From Bacillus subtilis subsp. subtilis str. 168 (GTDB taxonomy: Bacteria > Bacillota > Bacilli > Bacillales > Bacillaceae), in the NCBI RefSeq assembly GCF_000009045.1, contig NC_000964.3:2070001-2102000 (forward strand): a DNA stretch of 32,000 nt, read 5' to 3'. This document shows positions 19,396 through 28,101 of this stretch, piece after piece. Position 1 is the first letter of the stretch, and each line of letters begins with the position of its first letter. Position numbers and translations under genes: made by a program. The notes under the pieces were generated by a model. It had not been told where the DNA came from and did no database searches. It saw only the letters and a program-made list of their open reading frames with translations.

Positions 19396-20454
19396 ATGAC
19401 TGAACAAACCATTGCACATAAACAAAAACAGCTGACAAAGCAAGTCGCTGCATTTGCTCAGCCTGAAACAAAAAACAGCCTGATTCAGCTTTTAAACACG
19501 TTTATCCCATTCTTCGGCCTATGGTTTCTTGCTTATCTCAGCCTCGATGTCTCCTATCTTCTTACGTTAGCATTAACGGTGATTGCCGCAGGTTTTCTGA
19601 CAAGAATTTTTATCATCTTCCATGACTGCTGCCATCAATCTTTTTTCAAACAAAAACGCTATAACCACATTCTCGGTTTTCTGACAGGTGTCCTGACTTT
19701 ATTCCCGTATCTTCAATGGCAGCACAGCCATTCGATTCATCATGCAACTAGCAGCAATCTGGATAAACGCGGAACAGGAGACATCTGGATGTTAACAGTA
19801 AACGAATATAAAGCTGCATCCAGACGAACAAAGCTTGCATACAGACTTTATAGAAACCCGTTTATCATGTTTATTCTCGGACCGATTTATGTTTTTCTGA
19901 TCACGAACCGTTTTAACAAAAAAGGCGCAAGACGCAAGGAACGTGTAAACACATACCTTACGAATCTGGCAATTGTCGCGTTGGCTGCCGCTTGCTGTCT
20001 GATCTTTGGCTGGCAATCGTTTTTACTGGTGCAAGGCCCGATATTTCTGATTTCAGGTTCAATCGGTGTTTGGCTGTTTTATGTGCAGCATACCTTTGAA
20101 GATTCTTATTTTGAAGCGGATGAAAACTGGAGCTACGTTCAGGCTGCTGTTGAAGGCAGCTCATTTTATAAACTCCCGAAACTGCTTCAATGGCTAACAG
20201 GCAATATTGGTTACCACCACGTTCATCATTTGAGTCCAAAGGTGCCTAACTATAAGCTTGAAGTTGCTCATGAACATCACGAACCATTAAAAAACGTACC
20301 GACAATCACCTTAAAAACAAGCCTGCAATCACTTGCGTTCCGTCTATGGGATGAAGATAACAAACAGTTTGTGTCATTTCGGGCTATAAAACATATACCT
20401 GTAAGCCTTCCGCCTGATTCACCAGAAAAACAGAAGCTGCGGAAGAATGCCTGA
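19396..20454 (+). CDS. des: Membrane phospholipid delta-5 acyl-lipid desaturase, 352 aa
   Basis: Three His boxes (HDCCH, HSHSIHH, HHVHH) and N-terminal TM segments. GAGAGGA RBS. Confidence 0.97.
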   Translation: MTEQTIAHKQKQLTKQVAAFAQPETKNSLIQLLNTFIPFFGLWFLAYLSLDVSYLLTLALTVIAAGFLTRIFIIFHDCCHQSFFKQKRYNHILGFLTGVLTLFPYLQWQHSHSIHHATSSNLDKRGTGDIWMLTVNEYKAASRRTKLAYRLYRNPFIMFILGPIYVFLITNRFNKKGARRKERVNTYLTNLAIVALAAACCLIFGWQSFLLVQGPIFLISGSIGVWLFYVQHTFEDSYFEADENWSYVQAAVEGSSFYKLPKLLQWLTGNIGYHHVHHLSPKVPNYKLEVAHEHHEPLKNVPTITLKTSLQSLAFRLWDEDNKQFVSFRAIKHIPVSLPPDSPEKQKLRKNA

Positions 20455-20573
20455 TGATAAAGGAGGTCTTCTAATATACTAGAAGGCTTCCTTTTTATTG
20501 TTGGAGGGTGCATTCTGGCTTTCACAATGATAAAGTTACAAGTAAGATGAAAAGCTGAAAATGAGGTAAGATC

Positions 20574-21686
20574 ATGATTAAAAATCATTTTACATTTCAA
20601 AAACTAAACGGGATTACGCCCTATATATGGACGATATTTTTCATCCTCCCCTTCTACTTTATATGGAAATCATCATCTACATTTGTTATTATTGTCGGCA
20701 TCATTTTGACGCTTTTATTTTTTTCGGTATATCGATTTGCTTTTGTCTCAAAAGGCTGGACCATTTATTTGTGGGGATTTTTATTAATTGGCATTTCAAC
20801 CGCCTCCATTACTCTGTTCAGTTATATTTATTTTGCTTTCTTTATTGCTTATTTTATTGGAAACATTAAGGAACGCGTCCCTTTTCATATTTTATATTAT
20901 GTCCATTTAATAAGCGCGGCCGTCGCAGCCAATTTCAGTCTCGTATTAAAAAAGGAATTCTTTCTGACACAAATTCCTTTTGTCGTTATTACCCTCATCA
21001 GCGCAATTTTATTGCCCTTCAGTATAAAAAGCCGCAAGGAGCGCGAACGACTTGAAGAAAAGCTCGAGGATGCAAATGAACGGATTGCAGAACTGGTAAA
21101 ATTAGAAGAACGTCAGCGAATTGCCCGCGATCTCCATGATACGCTTGGGCAAAAGCTTTCTCTTATTGGTTTAAAAAGCGACTTAGCAAGAAAATTGATA
21201 TACAAAGATCCCGAACAAGCAGCTCGTGAACTGAAAAGTGTTCAGCAAACAGCGCGAACTTCTTTAAATGAAGTAAGAAAAATCGTTTCCTCTATGAAGG
21301 GCATCCGGCTCAAGGATGAATTGATCAACATCAAACAAATTCTCGAAGCAGCTGACATTATGTTTATCTATGAAGAAGAGAAATGGCCCGAGAATATCTC
21401 ATTGCTGAATGAAAACATTTTGAGCATGTGCTTAAAGGAAGCTGTCACAAATGTCGTCAAACACAGCCAGGCTAAAACTTGCCGAGTTGACATTCAGCAG
21501 CTCTGGAAGGAAGTTGTGATTACAGTGTCTGACGATGGAACATTCAAAGGAGAAGAAAATTCCTTTTCAAAAGGACATGGCTTACTCGGGATGAGAGAAC
21601 GGCTTGAGTTTGCAAACGGAAGCCTTCACATCGATACCGAAAACGGGACCAAGCTTACCATGGCAATTCCTAATAATTCAAAATAA
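20574..21686 (+). CDS. desK: Thermosensor histidine kinase DesK, 370 aa (5 TM segments plus HisKA_3 and HATPase domains)
   Basis: H-box RIARDLHDTLGQKLS and multiple N-terminal TM helices. Immediately downstream of des. Confidence 0.97.
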   Translation: MIKNHFTFQKLNGITPYIWTIFFILPFYFIWKSSSTFVIIVGIILTLLFFSVYRFAFVSKGWTIYLWGFLLIGISTASITLFSYIYFAFFIAYFIGNIKERVPFHILYYVHLISAAVAANFSLVLKKEFFLTQIPFVVITLISAILLPFSIKSRKERERLEEKLEDANERIAELVKLEERQRIARDLHDTLGQKLSLIGLKSDLARKLIYKDPEQAARELKSVQQTARTSLNEVRKIVSSMKGIRLKDELINIKQILEAADIMFIYEEEKWPENISLLNENILSMCLKEAVTNVVKHSQAKTCRVDIQQLWKEVVITVSDDGTFKGEENSFSKGHGLLGMRERLEFANGSLHIDTENGTKLTMAIPNNSK

Positions 21687-21704
21687 ACATAAAGGATGGC
21701 TTAT

Positions 21705-22304
21705 ATGATTAGTATATTTATTGCAGAAGATCAGCAAATGCTGCTGGGCGCTTTAGGATCACTTCTAAACCTCGAAGACGATATGGAAGTCGTAGGCAAA
21801 GGTACAACCGGCCAAGATGCTGTTGATTTTGTCAAAAAACGCCAGCCTGATGTATGTATTATGGACATTGAAATGCCCGGAAAAACAGGGCTTGAAGCTG
21901 CTGAGGAGCTAAAAGATACAGGCTGCAAAATTATCATCTTAACCACCTTCGCCAGACCCGGTTACTTTCAGAGAGCTATTAAAGCTGGCGTTAAAGGCTA
22001 TTTGTTAAAAGACAGTCCGAGTGAAGAGCTGGCCAACGCCATCCGTAGCGTCATGAACGGAAAACGCATCTATGCACCTGAACTGATGGAGGACTTATAC
22101 AGCGAAGCTAACCCTCTTACAGATAGAGAAAAAGAAGTGCTCGAACTTGTGGCTGACGGTAAAAACACAAAAGAAATCGCTCAGGAACTCAGCATCAAAA
22201 GCGGGACGGTGCGGAATTATATCTCAATGATTCTAGAAAAGCTTGAAGTGAAAAATCGAATTGAAGCCATTACCCGGTCAAAAGAAAAAGGCTGGTTTAA
22301 ATAA
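21705..22304 (+). CDS. desR: NarL/LuxR-family response regulator DesR, 199 aa
   Basis: Receiver motifs IAEDQ and DVCIMDIEMPG, and C-terminal LuxR HTH TDREKEVLELVADGKNTKEIAQEL. The ATG at 21705 lies 8 nt after AAAGGA. Confidence 0.95.
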   Translation: MISIFIAEDQQMLLGALGSLLNLEDDMEVVGKGTTGQDAVDFVKKRQPDVCIMDIEMPGKTGLEAAEELKDTGCKIIILTTFARPGYFQRAIKAGVKGYLLKDSPSEELANAIRSVMNGKRIYAPELMEDLYSEANPLTDREKEVLELVADGKNTKEIAQELSIKSGTVRNYISMILEKLEVKNRIEAITRSKEKGWFK

Positions 22305-22305
22305 A

Positions 22306-22338
22306 AAAGGATCTTGGCATCTGCCAGGATCCTTTTTG
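22306..22338 (+). terminator. Terminator after desR
   Basis: A 14-bp stem, aaaggatcttggca / tgccaggatccttt, with one G:U pair, followed by TTTTTG. Confidence 0.8.
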
Positions 22339-22407
22339 TTAACCTGAAATTCCCGTTTGAGAACCTCGTCGCAACCAGAATTAAATTGATCCATATCCTC
22401 GCTCCTA

Positions 22408-22615
22408 CGCCCGCTGAACGATTGTTTGGTTAACAGCCCAATAAAAGACTGGATTGAATGATATCCCTGTTAAAATGGTCGGCCATTGCACATCAGCAGA
22501 ATTTCTGATATTGATTATATTGTATTTTCAGTATGACAAAGTTGTGCCACTTCGCTCCCGAAGCTGCCATGCCCAACTGCAAGAGCCTAATATCACAATA
22601 AAAAACCGTCTGAAA
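22408..22615 (-). pseudogene. Decayed internal fragment of a sodium:solute symporter (SSS family) gene
   Basis: Minus-strand frame A (22527 to 22408) reads KYNIINIRNSADVQWPTILTGISFNPVFYWAVNQTIVQRA then stop. Overlapping frame B (22615 to 22496) reads ...LLQLGMAASGAKWHNFVILKIQYNQYQKFC then stop. The PW..(L)..G......YW..NQ.IVQR block is the hallmark of SSS/SGLT-type transporters. There are frameshifts and stops, and no start or RBS. Confidence 0.45.
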
Positions 22616-22849
22616 TCAATCCGATTCCGTAAATGGTATCTGCTACATCCAACTGCTTATTATCTGCCAAAAACACCAGCTCGTTTCGCTGATCAAAGAT
22701 AGTAACAACCAGCTATAAATGTCATGATGCCGAATGTCTCTGTAATGTGGAATCAATCTTTTAACCCGAGAGCCCCTGAATCGCACATAAAGAAAAACGG
22801 GACCACTTTCTTTTATCAGCATATGATATAAACAGCTCTAAGCAGAACA

Positions 22850-22883
22850 AAAAAAGACACAAGCCAAAAGCTTATGTCTTTTA
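22850..22883 (-). terminator. Terminator after yocH
   Basis: agacacaagc / gcttatgtct stem with one mismatch. A 7-nt T-run follows on the minus strand. Confidence 0.65.
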
Positions 22884-22898
22884 TCACAATCTATATTA

Positions 22899-23762
22899 TT
22901 AGTTTAAGACTTTAACACTTACAGTTTTGACGCCCCAATTAGAAGCATCACTTTTACTTGGTACAAATACGTCGATTTTATTTCCTTTAATAGCGCCGCC
23001 AGTGTCTGCTGCTGTTGCTTCCCCGTAGCCTTCAACATAGACTTTAGAACCTAGCGGAATTACATTAGGATCAACCGCAATAACTTTCGCGTTCGGGTTC
23101 TTATTTAAGTCAATGCCTGTAGCTGTAACGCCGGAAATGCCGCCGTCGTTAGCAGTGTAAGCAGTAGCAGTAACTGTTAGTTCTTTTGAAGCTTCTTGAT
23201 TATTTGTATTTGATTGAACAGCCTTCTCCTCTGTGTTAACAGAAGTTTCTGCCTCAGCCTTTGTTTCTTGTTTAGGTTGCTGTTGTACAGCTTCTTGTTT
23301 AGGTTGCTCTTTTTGCACAGCCTCTTGTTTTGGCGCAGCTTGAGGTGCGTTTGTTTGCGCATTCTCAGTAGCTGTGTTTGCTGCTGTTGCCTGACCTTTT
23401 ACTGAAAGAGTTGATCCAGCATAGATCATGTCAGAGCTTAAGTTATTCCAAACTTTCAGGTTGTTGACTGTCGTGCCGAATTTTTGAGCAATCTTAGAAA
23501 GCGTATCTCCCGCTTTAATTGTATATTGCCCAGTCGTGGTTGTTTCTTCTGAAGAAATGGTCAGTTTTTCTCCTGCAATGATTTTATCAGAAGTTAACTT
23601 GTTCCATTCTTTTAAGTCCTTTAGGTTCACTCCATTTTTCTGAGAGATTCCCCAGAGCGTATCACCCTTTTGCACCGTAATTTCTTTTGCAGAAGCGTGA
23701 GCTCCGAATGCAGTTGTTGAAAGTGCAGCAACTGCCACAAAGGACATAATCGTCTTCTTCAT
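22899..23762 (-). CDS. yocH: Secreted cell-wall-binding protein / putative lytic transglycosylase: signal peptide, 2 LysM repeats, PKQE-rich linker, C-terminal 3D domain, 287 aa
   Basis: The start was trimmed to ATG 23762, after AAGGGAGGA. LysM motifs [13 protein letters not shown] and [14 protein letters not shown]. The C-terminal domain has conserved Asp residues. Confidence 0.92.
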   Translation of the reverse strand: MKKTIMSFVAVAALSTTAFGAHASAKEITVQKGDTLWGISQKNGVNLKDLKEWNKLTSDKIIAGEKLTISSEETTTTGQYTIKAGDTLSKIAQKFGTTVNNLKVWNNLSSDMIYAGSTLSVKGQATAANTATENAQTNAPQAAPKQEAVQKEQPKQEAVQQQPKQETKAEAETSVNTEEKAVQSNTNNQEASKELTVTATAYTANDGGISGVTATGIDLNKNPNAKVIAVDPNVIPLGSKVYVEGYGEATAADTGGAIKGNKIDVFVPSKSDASNWGVKTVSVKVLN

Positions 23763-23858
23763 AAGTAAATCCTCCCTTGTTAGCTTTTTATTGGCGGCTA
23801 ACAGGTGATATCGTAACACACGTAAATGTCAAATCAATAACAAAAAGATATGATTTAG

Positions 23859-23875
23859 ATTACAGTTCCTTTACA
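23859..23875 (-). promoter_or_regulatory. WalR-type direct repeat TGTAAA-ggaac-TGTAAT upstream of yocH
   Basis: Exact match to the recalled WalR consensus TGTWAH-N5-TGTWAH on the yocH strand, ~100 nt upstream of the start codon. Confidence 0.6.
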
Positions 23876-24009
23876 TGAAGGATTTCTCTCTGATGGAAAG
23901 ACTTGCTGAACCCTTGATATAATAGGCTTCGCAGGTCTTTTTATTTTGAGGCGAAACAGAGAAAATAAAATGTGTTTTTTATAGAAAAAAAGATTGTTTT
24001 TCTGTTTTT

Positions 24010-25785
24010 TTAGTCTGTCATCCTTGCATAAGCCTGTATTTCTTGTAAAAAAAGCCGGCCGTATTTTGCTCTTTTTTGTTCTCCGACTCCTTTTATAGAC
24101 AAAAGTTCATCATCATTTACGGGCTGTTTTCCTGACATTTCTTTTAACGTTTGGTCAGAGAAAACAACAAATGGCGGAACACCCTGCTCAGCCGCAATTT
24201 CTTTCCGAACCATGCGCAATCGTTCAAATAGCTCGTCATTTTCAGTAATCGCTGCCGCTTTTAACGCTTCTTTTCTCGCTACTGATAATTCTCCTTTCAG
24301 CACATTCCTTCCTTTACTGCTGACAAAAAGAGTCGGAAACGTTCCGTCTGACATCCTGATGAAGTCGTCAGAAATAAGAAATTCGATAAAATCACTGATT
24401 TCGCCAACGGATTGGTGTTTTAATATCCCGTATGTTGAAAGGTCGGAAAAGCCGTTTTCAAGAACTTTTTTATTTTTGGAGCCGGCAAGCACCTGGGCAA
24501 CCATCGTCTTGCCAAACCGTTCTTTCATGCGAATGATACAAGATAAGACCATTTGCGCCTCCCGCGTCACGTCATGGGCCGCTCTTGTATCGGTACAGTT
24601 TCCGCACTGTCCGCACGCATCAGGCTCCTTTTCTCCGAAATACATAAGGATAAAACGCTGCAGACAATCTTCCGTATGACAGTAGTCGACCATTTGTCTC
24701 AGCTTTTTTAAATCCTGCTTTTGTTTCTCTTCATGTTCTGATTGCTCAATTAAGAAGCGCTGCACCATAATATCCTGCGGTGAAAACAGGAGAACACATT
24801 CACTGGCAAGACCGTCCCGTCCAGCTCGTCCTGCCTCTTGATAATAGCTTTCCATATCTTTCGGGATTTGTGCATGCAGAACAAATCTGATATTTGATTT
24901 ATCAATACCCATTCCAAAAGCAGAGGTTGCCACCATCACTTGAAGCTCATCATTAAGAAATCTTTCCTGCTGCTCTTTTCTCACATCATCAGCCAAACCT
25001 CCATGATACCGGCCTGCCCTGACCTGATTTCGTTTCAATCTCTCATATATCCGATCAGCTTCTTTTCTGGTCGCTGTATAGACAATTCCTGCTTCATGCC
25101 TGTTGTTTTGCACATATTCGTCTATAAACCGATCTTTATTTTCTCCTTTTACTACTTTAAAGGTTAAATTCTCTCGGGAAAATCCGGTATATACCGTGTT
25201 TTCTTTTTGAATATGCAGCTGTTTGCAAATATCATCATGAACCTCGGGTGTGGCTGTTGCTGTTAACGCCATGATGACAGGCTTGTCGTGTAATTCACGG
25301 AACAAGATTTCAATATTCCTGTAGCTTGGCCTGAAATCATGGCCCCATTGAGAAATACAATGCGCCTCGTCTATTGCGACCAAAGGAACATCTATGCCCT
25401 GCAAAATCCGGATAAACTCTATGGACGTTAGTCGCTCTGGTGTAATGTAAAAAAGCTTATAAGCCCCTTCTTTGAGTCCGTTCAGCCTCTCATATATTTC
25501 CTGATTGGATTGTGTGCTGTTAATGTAGGCGGCGTTAATCCCCGCTTCTTCTAACGCATCAACTTGATCCTTCATCAAGGAAATCAACGGTGAAATGACG
25601 ATCGTCGTCCCTTCAAACATTAATGCCGGAATCTGATAGCAAATCGATTTGCCGCCTCCCGTCGGCATAATGCAGGCCGTATTTTGCCTCGCTTCCGTCA
25701 CCAAGCGGATCGCTTCATCTTGGCCGCTCCGAAACTTCTCATAACCAAAATAATGAGCCAGAAGGGATTGGGCTCTATGTAACAT
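24010..25785 (-). CDS. recQ: RecQ-family ATP-dependent DNA helicase, 591 aa, with helicase core, Zn-binding RecQ-Ct and C-terminal HRDC
   Basis: Motifs PTGGGKS, DEAH, the Cys cluster CQCGNC and an HRDC-like tail. Confidence 0.95.
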   Translation of the reverse strand: MLHRAQSLLAHYFGYEKFRSGQDEAIRLVTEARQNTACIMPTGGGKSICYQIPALMFEGTTIVISPLISLMKDQVDALEEAGINAAYINSTQSNQEIYERLNGLKEGAYKLFYITPERLTSIEFIRILQGIDVPLVAIDEAHCISQWGHDFRPSYRNIEILFRELHDKPVIMALTATATPEVHDDICKQLHIQKENTVYTGFSRENLTFKVVKGENKDRFIDEYVQNNRHEAGIVYTATRKEADRIYERLKRNQVRAGRYHGGLADDVRKEQQERFLNDELQVMVATSAFGMGIDKSNIRFVLHAQIPKDMESYYQEAGRAGRDGLASECVLLFSPQDIMVQRFLIEQSEHEEKQKQDLKKLRQMVDYCHTEDCLQRFILMYFGEKEPDACGQCGNCTDTRAAHDVTREAQMVLSCIIRMKERFGKTMVAQVLAGSKNKKVLENGFSDLSTYGILKHQSVGEISDFIEFLISDDFIRMSDGTFPTLFVSSKGRNVLKGELSVARKEALKAAAITENDELFERLRMVRKEIAAEQGVPPFVVFSDQTLKEMSGKQPVNDDELLSIKGVGEQKRAKYGRLFLQEIQAYARMTD

Positions 25786-25896
25786 AACGTGTAAACCTCG
25801 CTTTTCCTTGAATTTCTCCCATCATATCATAAAAAAGCGGCCTTCATTTCTTTCACACAAAAATGGAATATTCACTATACCAAACCTTTTTAGATA

Positions 25897-26112
25897 AAAT
25901 AAAAAGCCATTTCCGAAAAGGAAATGGCTTTCGCTACGTCTTGCCGTATGCAAGTAAGAAAGTTTTAAACCACCACTCCTCAAAGTGGGTGTTTGCAGAA
26001 ACGTTCCTGTCGTCCTCTGCAATGGAGGCATGACATTCCGGCTTCGATATAAAACTCCCTATTACAGCTTAAAGGTTAAAACTTAATTAACAATACGCAC
26101 AAAGTAGCTTCT
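25897..26112 (-). ncRNA. bsrB: 6S-2 RNA (BS203 RNA), with ends approximate; the mature RNA is ~200 nt
   Basis: Located in the recQ(yocI)-azoR1(yocJ) intergenic region, where this RNA is known to map. It has its own promoter (next feature) and a terminator hairpin aaagccatttcc / ggaaatggcttt (25903-25931) with a minus-strand T-run. The 5' segment GCUAC...UGCGUAU can pair with the 3' segment AUACGGCA...GUAGC, giving the closing stem typical of 6S RNA. Confidence 0.75.
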
Positions 26113-26117
26113 TTAAT

Positions 26118-26146
26118 ATAGTACACCATCAGGCGCTTTTAATCAA
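26118..26146 (-). promoter_or_regulatory. Promoter of bsrB: TTGATT-17 nt-TACTAT
   Basis: The -35 is at 26141-26146 and the -10 at 26118-26123 (minus strand), with an exact 17-nt spacer. Confidence 0.55.
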
Positions 26147-26307
26147 GAGGTCAGAACAATTGTTTAGAAAAACTTTTTCCAGTGAATAAAACTGTTTTTT
26201 CTCCAAAATACCTGACAATTCGACAAACAAAAAATATATTACAATAAAAAAAATAGCCTTTATTGCTAAAAGCGAATGATTATTTTCTTCTATATTAATG
26301 TGTATAT

Positions 26308-26342
26308 ACAAAAAGACTCCTATTTGTAACGATAGGAGTCTT
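26308..26342 (-). terminator. Terminator after azoR1
   Basis: aaagactcctat / ataggagtctt stem with an 8-nt loop, followed by TTTTTG on the minus strand. Confidence 0.75.
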
Positions 26343-26349
26343 GGCTTTA

Positions 26350-26976
26350 TTAGAATTTTGCAGCAAGATCTTTTGCTTCTTGTAAACCTTTTTCAACGAT
26401 TTCTTGCGCTTGATCAGGTGCTGCGTTATGTCCTTCGATGACAACTGTGTGCAAGTCTTGAACACCCCAGAAACCAAGAACTGTTTTCATGAAGTTTAAT
26501 GACATTTCAAGTGCAGCCATTGGTCCTTCTGAGTAGACACCGCCGCGAGCGTTAAGAAGCGCAACTTTTTTGCCGCCCATTAAACCGACTGGTCCTTCTT
26601 GTGTGTATTTGAATGTAACGCCTGCGCGAGACAGATAATCAACATAAGTATGAAGCACTGCTGGCACTGTGAAGTTCCAAAGCGGGAATGCGAAAACAAC
26701 TTTGTCAGCTTTTACAAACTGGTTCAGATATTTGTCAGCAATTGCTGCTTGTTTTTTCTCATCTTCTGTCATTTCCATTCCTTGACCTGCTTTAAATGTT
26801 CCGTTAATCATATCTCTGCCAAGGTAAGGAAGGTTTTCCTTATGAAGATCTAATTCAACCACTTCATCATTAGGGTTGTTTTCTTTATAAGCAGCTAAGA
26901 AAGCTTCGTAAAGTTTAGTTGAAACGCCTTCTTCAGCTGTACGGTCGCTTGATTTTACAAATAAAACTGTAGACAT
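26350..26976 (-). CDS. azoR1: FMN-dependent NADH-azoreductase / quinone reductase, 208 aa
   Basis: Flavodoxin-like fold with N-terminus MSTVLFVKSSDR. GGGAGGA RBS. Confidence 0.95.
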   Translation of the reverse strand: MSTVLFVKSSDRTAEEGVSTKLYEAFLAAYKENNPNDEVVELDLHKENLPYLGRDMINGTFKAGQGMEMTEDEKKQAAIADKYLNQFVKADKVVFAFPLWNFTVPAVLHTYVDYLSRAGVTFKYTQEGPVGLMGGKKVALLNARGGVYSEGPMAALEMSLNFMKTVLGFWGVQDLHTVVIEGHNAAPDQAQEIVEKGLQEAKDLAAKF

Positions 26977-27006
26977 TTGTATTCCTCCCGGTAAACTTTT
27001 TATATT

Positions 27007-27049
27007 TACTTACAAATAGTATGTTACTTTCTTTTTTACGTAAAGTCAA
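27007..27049 (-). promoter_or_regulatory. azoR1 promoter (TTGACT 27044-27049, 17 nt, TAACAT 27021-27026) with a TACT-N7-AGTA element (27007-27021) abutting the -10; candidate YodB-type (MarR/DUF24) operator
   Basis: The hexamers and dyad are seen directly. The YodB attribution comes from recalled azoR1 regulation. Confidence 0.45.
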
Positions 27050-27080
27050 TCACTTTATTTTGAATATGAGATTTTTTTTC

Positions 27081-27118
27081 AAAAAAAGCAAGTACATCTA
27101 ATATCGGTGTACTTGCTT
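27081..27118 (-). terminator. Terminator after yocK
   Basis: gcaagtac / gtacttgc stem, extendable by A:T pairs, with a 13-nt loop. A long T-run follows on the minus strand. Confidence 0.7.
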
Positions 27119-27125
27119 GGCATTT

Positions 27126-27617
27126 TTACTTCGAATCTTGTTCACGATCCAAGATTTCATACGTCTGCGAGCTTTTTTGATCAATTGTTTCTTTGTTGGA
27201 TAAGTCTTTTACCTGTTCATGAAACTCTCTTTCATAAGAAGGAGCATCTGTCTCCAGATCATCCTCCACATCAGCTTGGGCCTCAACTGTCATTCTTGCA
27301 TAAGGAACAGCTTCAAGTCTTTCGTAAGGAATCTCTTGGCCGGTTTTTTCACACACGCCATAAGTTCCGTCTTTCATCTTTTGTAATGCACGGTTGACCT
27401 CCTCTAACAGCTCCCGGTCAATCTCTTTCACTGTTTGGTCTGTCATCCGGTCTGTGACGAGCGTCCCGTGGTCTGCCATATGGTTGTCAACCCCATTGGA
27501 AAGCTCCCCCACTTCTTCCGTCATTGATTCTGTTTCCTTTTTCTCGCCAGACAATTCTTTTTGCATATCGAGCAATTTATGATAGAGATGCTGTGTTTGT
27601 TCTTTTGTCAGTGCCAT
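27126..27617 (-). CDS. yocK: DksA/TraR-family protein (general stress protein), 163 aa, lacking the canonical C4 zinc finger
   Basis: The start was trimmed to ATG 27617, after AAAGGAGAGGA. Coiled-coil N-terminus. The C-terminus GTYGVCEKTGQEIPYERLEAVPYARMTVEAQ has one Cys where CxxC-N17-CxxC is expected. Confidence 0.88.
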   Translation of the reverse strand: MALTKEQTQHLYHKLLDMQKELSGEKKETESMTEEVGELSNGVDNHMADHGTLVTDRMTDQTVKEIDRELLEEVNRALQKMKDGTYGVCEKTGQEIPYERLEAVPYARMTVEAQADVEDDLETDAPSYEREFHEQVKDLSNKETIDQKSSQTYEILDREQDSK

Positions 27618-27641
27618 GTATATCCTCTCCTTTCTATCCTG

Positions 27642-27666
27642 TTTCCCGTTTTGCCTTCTGTCAAAC
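27642..27666 (-). promoter_or_regulatory. SigB-type promoter GTTTGA-13 nt-GGGAAA upstream of yocK
   Basis: Match to the recalled SigB consensus GTTTAA-N12-14-GGGWAW. It lies in the 74-nt yocL-yocK gap. Confidence 0.6.
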
Positions 27667-27691
27667 ATGGAAACATCGATGGAAAGATGAG

Positions 27692-28024
27692 CTACTGCCT
27701 TTTTGAACGGATCGTGACCGCTGGCGTCGATGGTGCTTCGGGTTTTCGTTGGCACTTTTTGTCCTTCTCTTCTGGCGGTATATAATAGGTTGCGCCTATA
27801 TTTAATCTGCCGCTCAGTTCATCAATGGTCAGCTCGCCGAATTCAAGATGATAGTCAACTTTTTCGACATTCAGCGTTTCAATATGTATATAGGTTTCTT
27901 CAGACTCTTGTTTGCTGCTTTGTTTTTGTTTCTCAATCACTGAGAGTCTTTCTTCACATTCACGCAGTTTGTCAAGTTCTGGTTTCAAGCAATGCCTGAT
28001 CAGCGACCGGAACATTTTTTTCAT
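27692..28024 (-). CDS. yocL: Small protein, 110 aa: N-terminal coiled coil, then a GerPC-like motif, then a Pro/Lys-rich tail
   Basis: The ATG at 28024 has AAAGGGT 9 nt upstream. Contains the motif IHIETLNVEKVDYHLEFGELTIDELSGRLNIGATY. Confidence 0.8.
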   Translation of the reverse strand: MKKMFRSLIRHCLKPELDKLRECEERLSVIEKQKQSSKQESEETYIHIETLNVEKVDYHLEFGELTIDELSGRLNIGATYYIPPEEKDKKCQRKPEAPSTPAVTIRSKRQ

Positions 28025-28101
28025 GACATCACGACCCTTTGCATACTCCTCTTTCGTCTACATATATAATGAGGTATATCCCATAGAAAGGAGAGGTTTT
28101 C

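Noticed and set aside
22454-22702. 82-aa + strand ORF in the desR-yocH gap
   Set aside because: It has a TTG-type start without an RBS and an implausible composition. It lies antisense to the symporter relic, whose conserved motif is on the other strand.
24212-24679. 155-aa + strand ORF (and 24940-25167)
   Set aside because: It is antisense to recQ, Ser/Phe-rich, and has no translation signals.
25822-26031. 69-aa minus-strand ORF between recQ and azoR1
   Set aside because: It falls inside the 6S-2 RNA (bsrB) transcript. It has no RBS, and the region is better explained by promoter, 6S-like closing stem and terminator.
26129-26477. Two 60-aa minus-strand ORFs upstream of bsrB and overlapping the azoR1 3' end
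   Set aside because: They are AT-rich, low-complexity translations with no RBS. One spans the azoR1 terminator and the other overlaps the azoR1 coding sequence out of frame.
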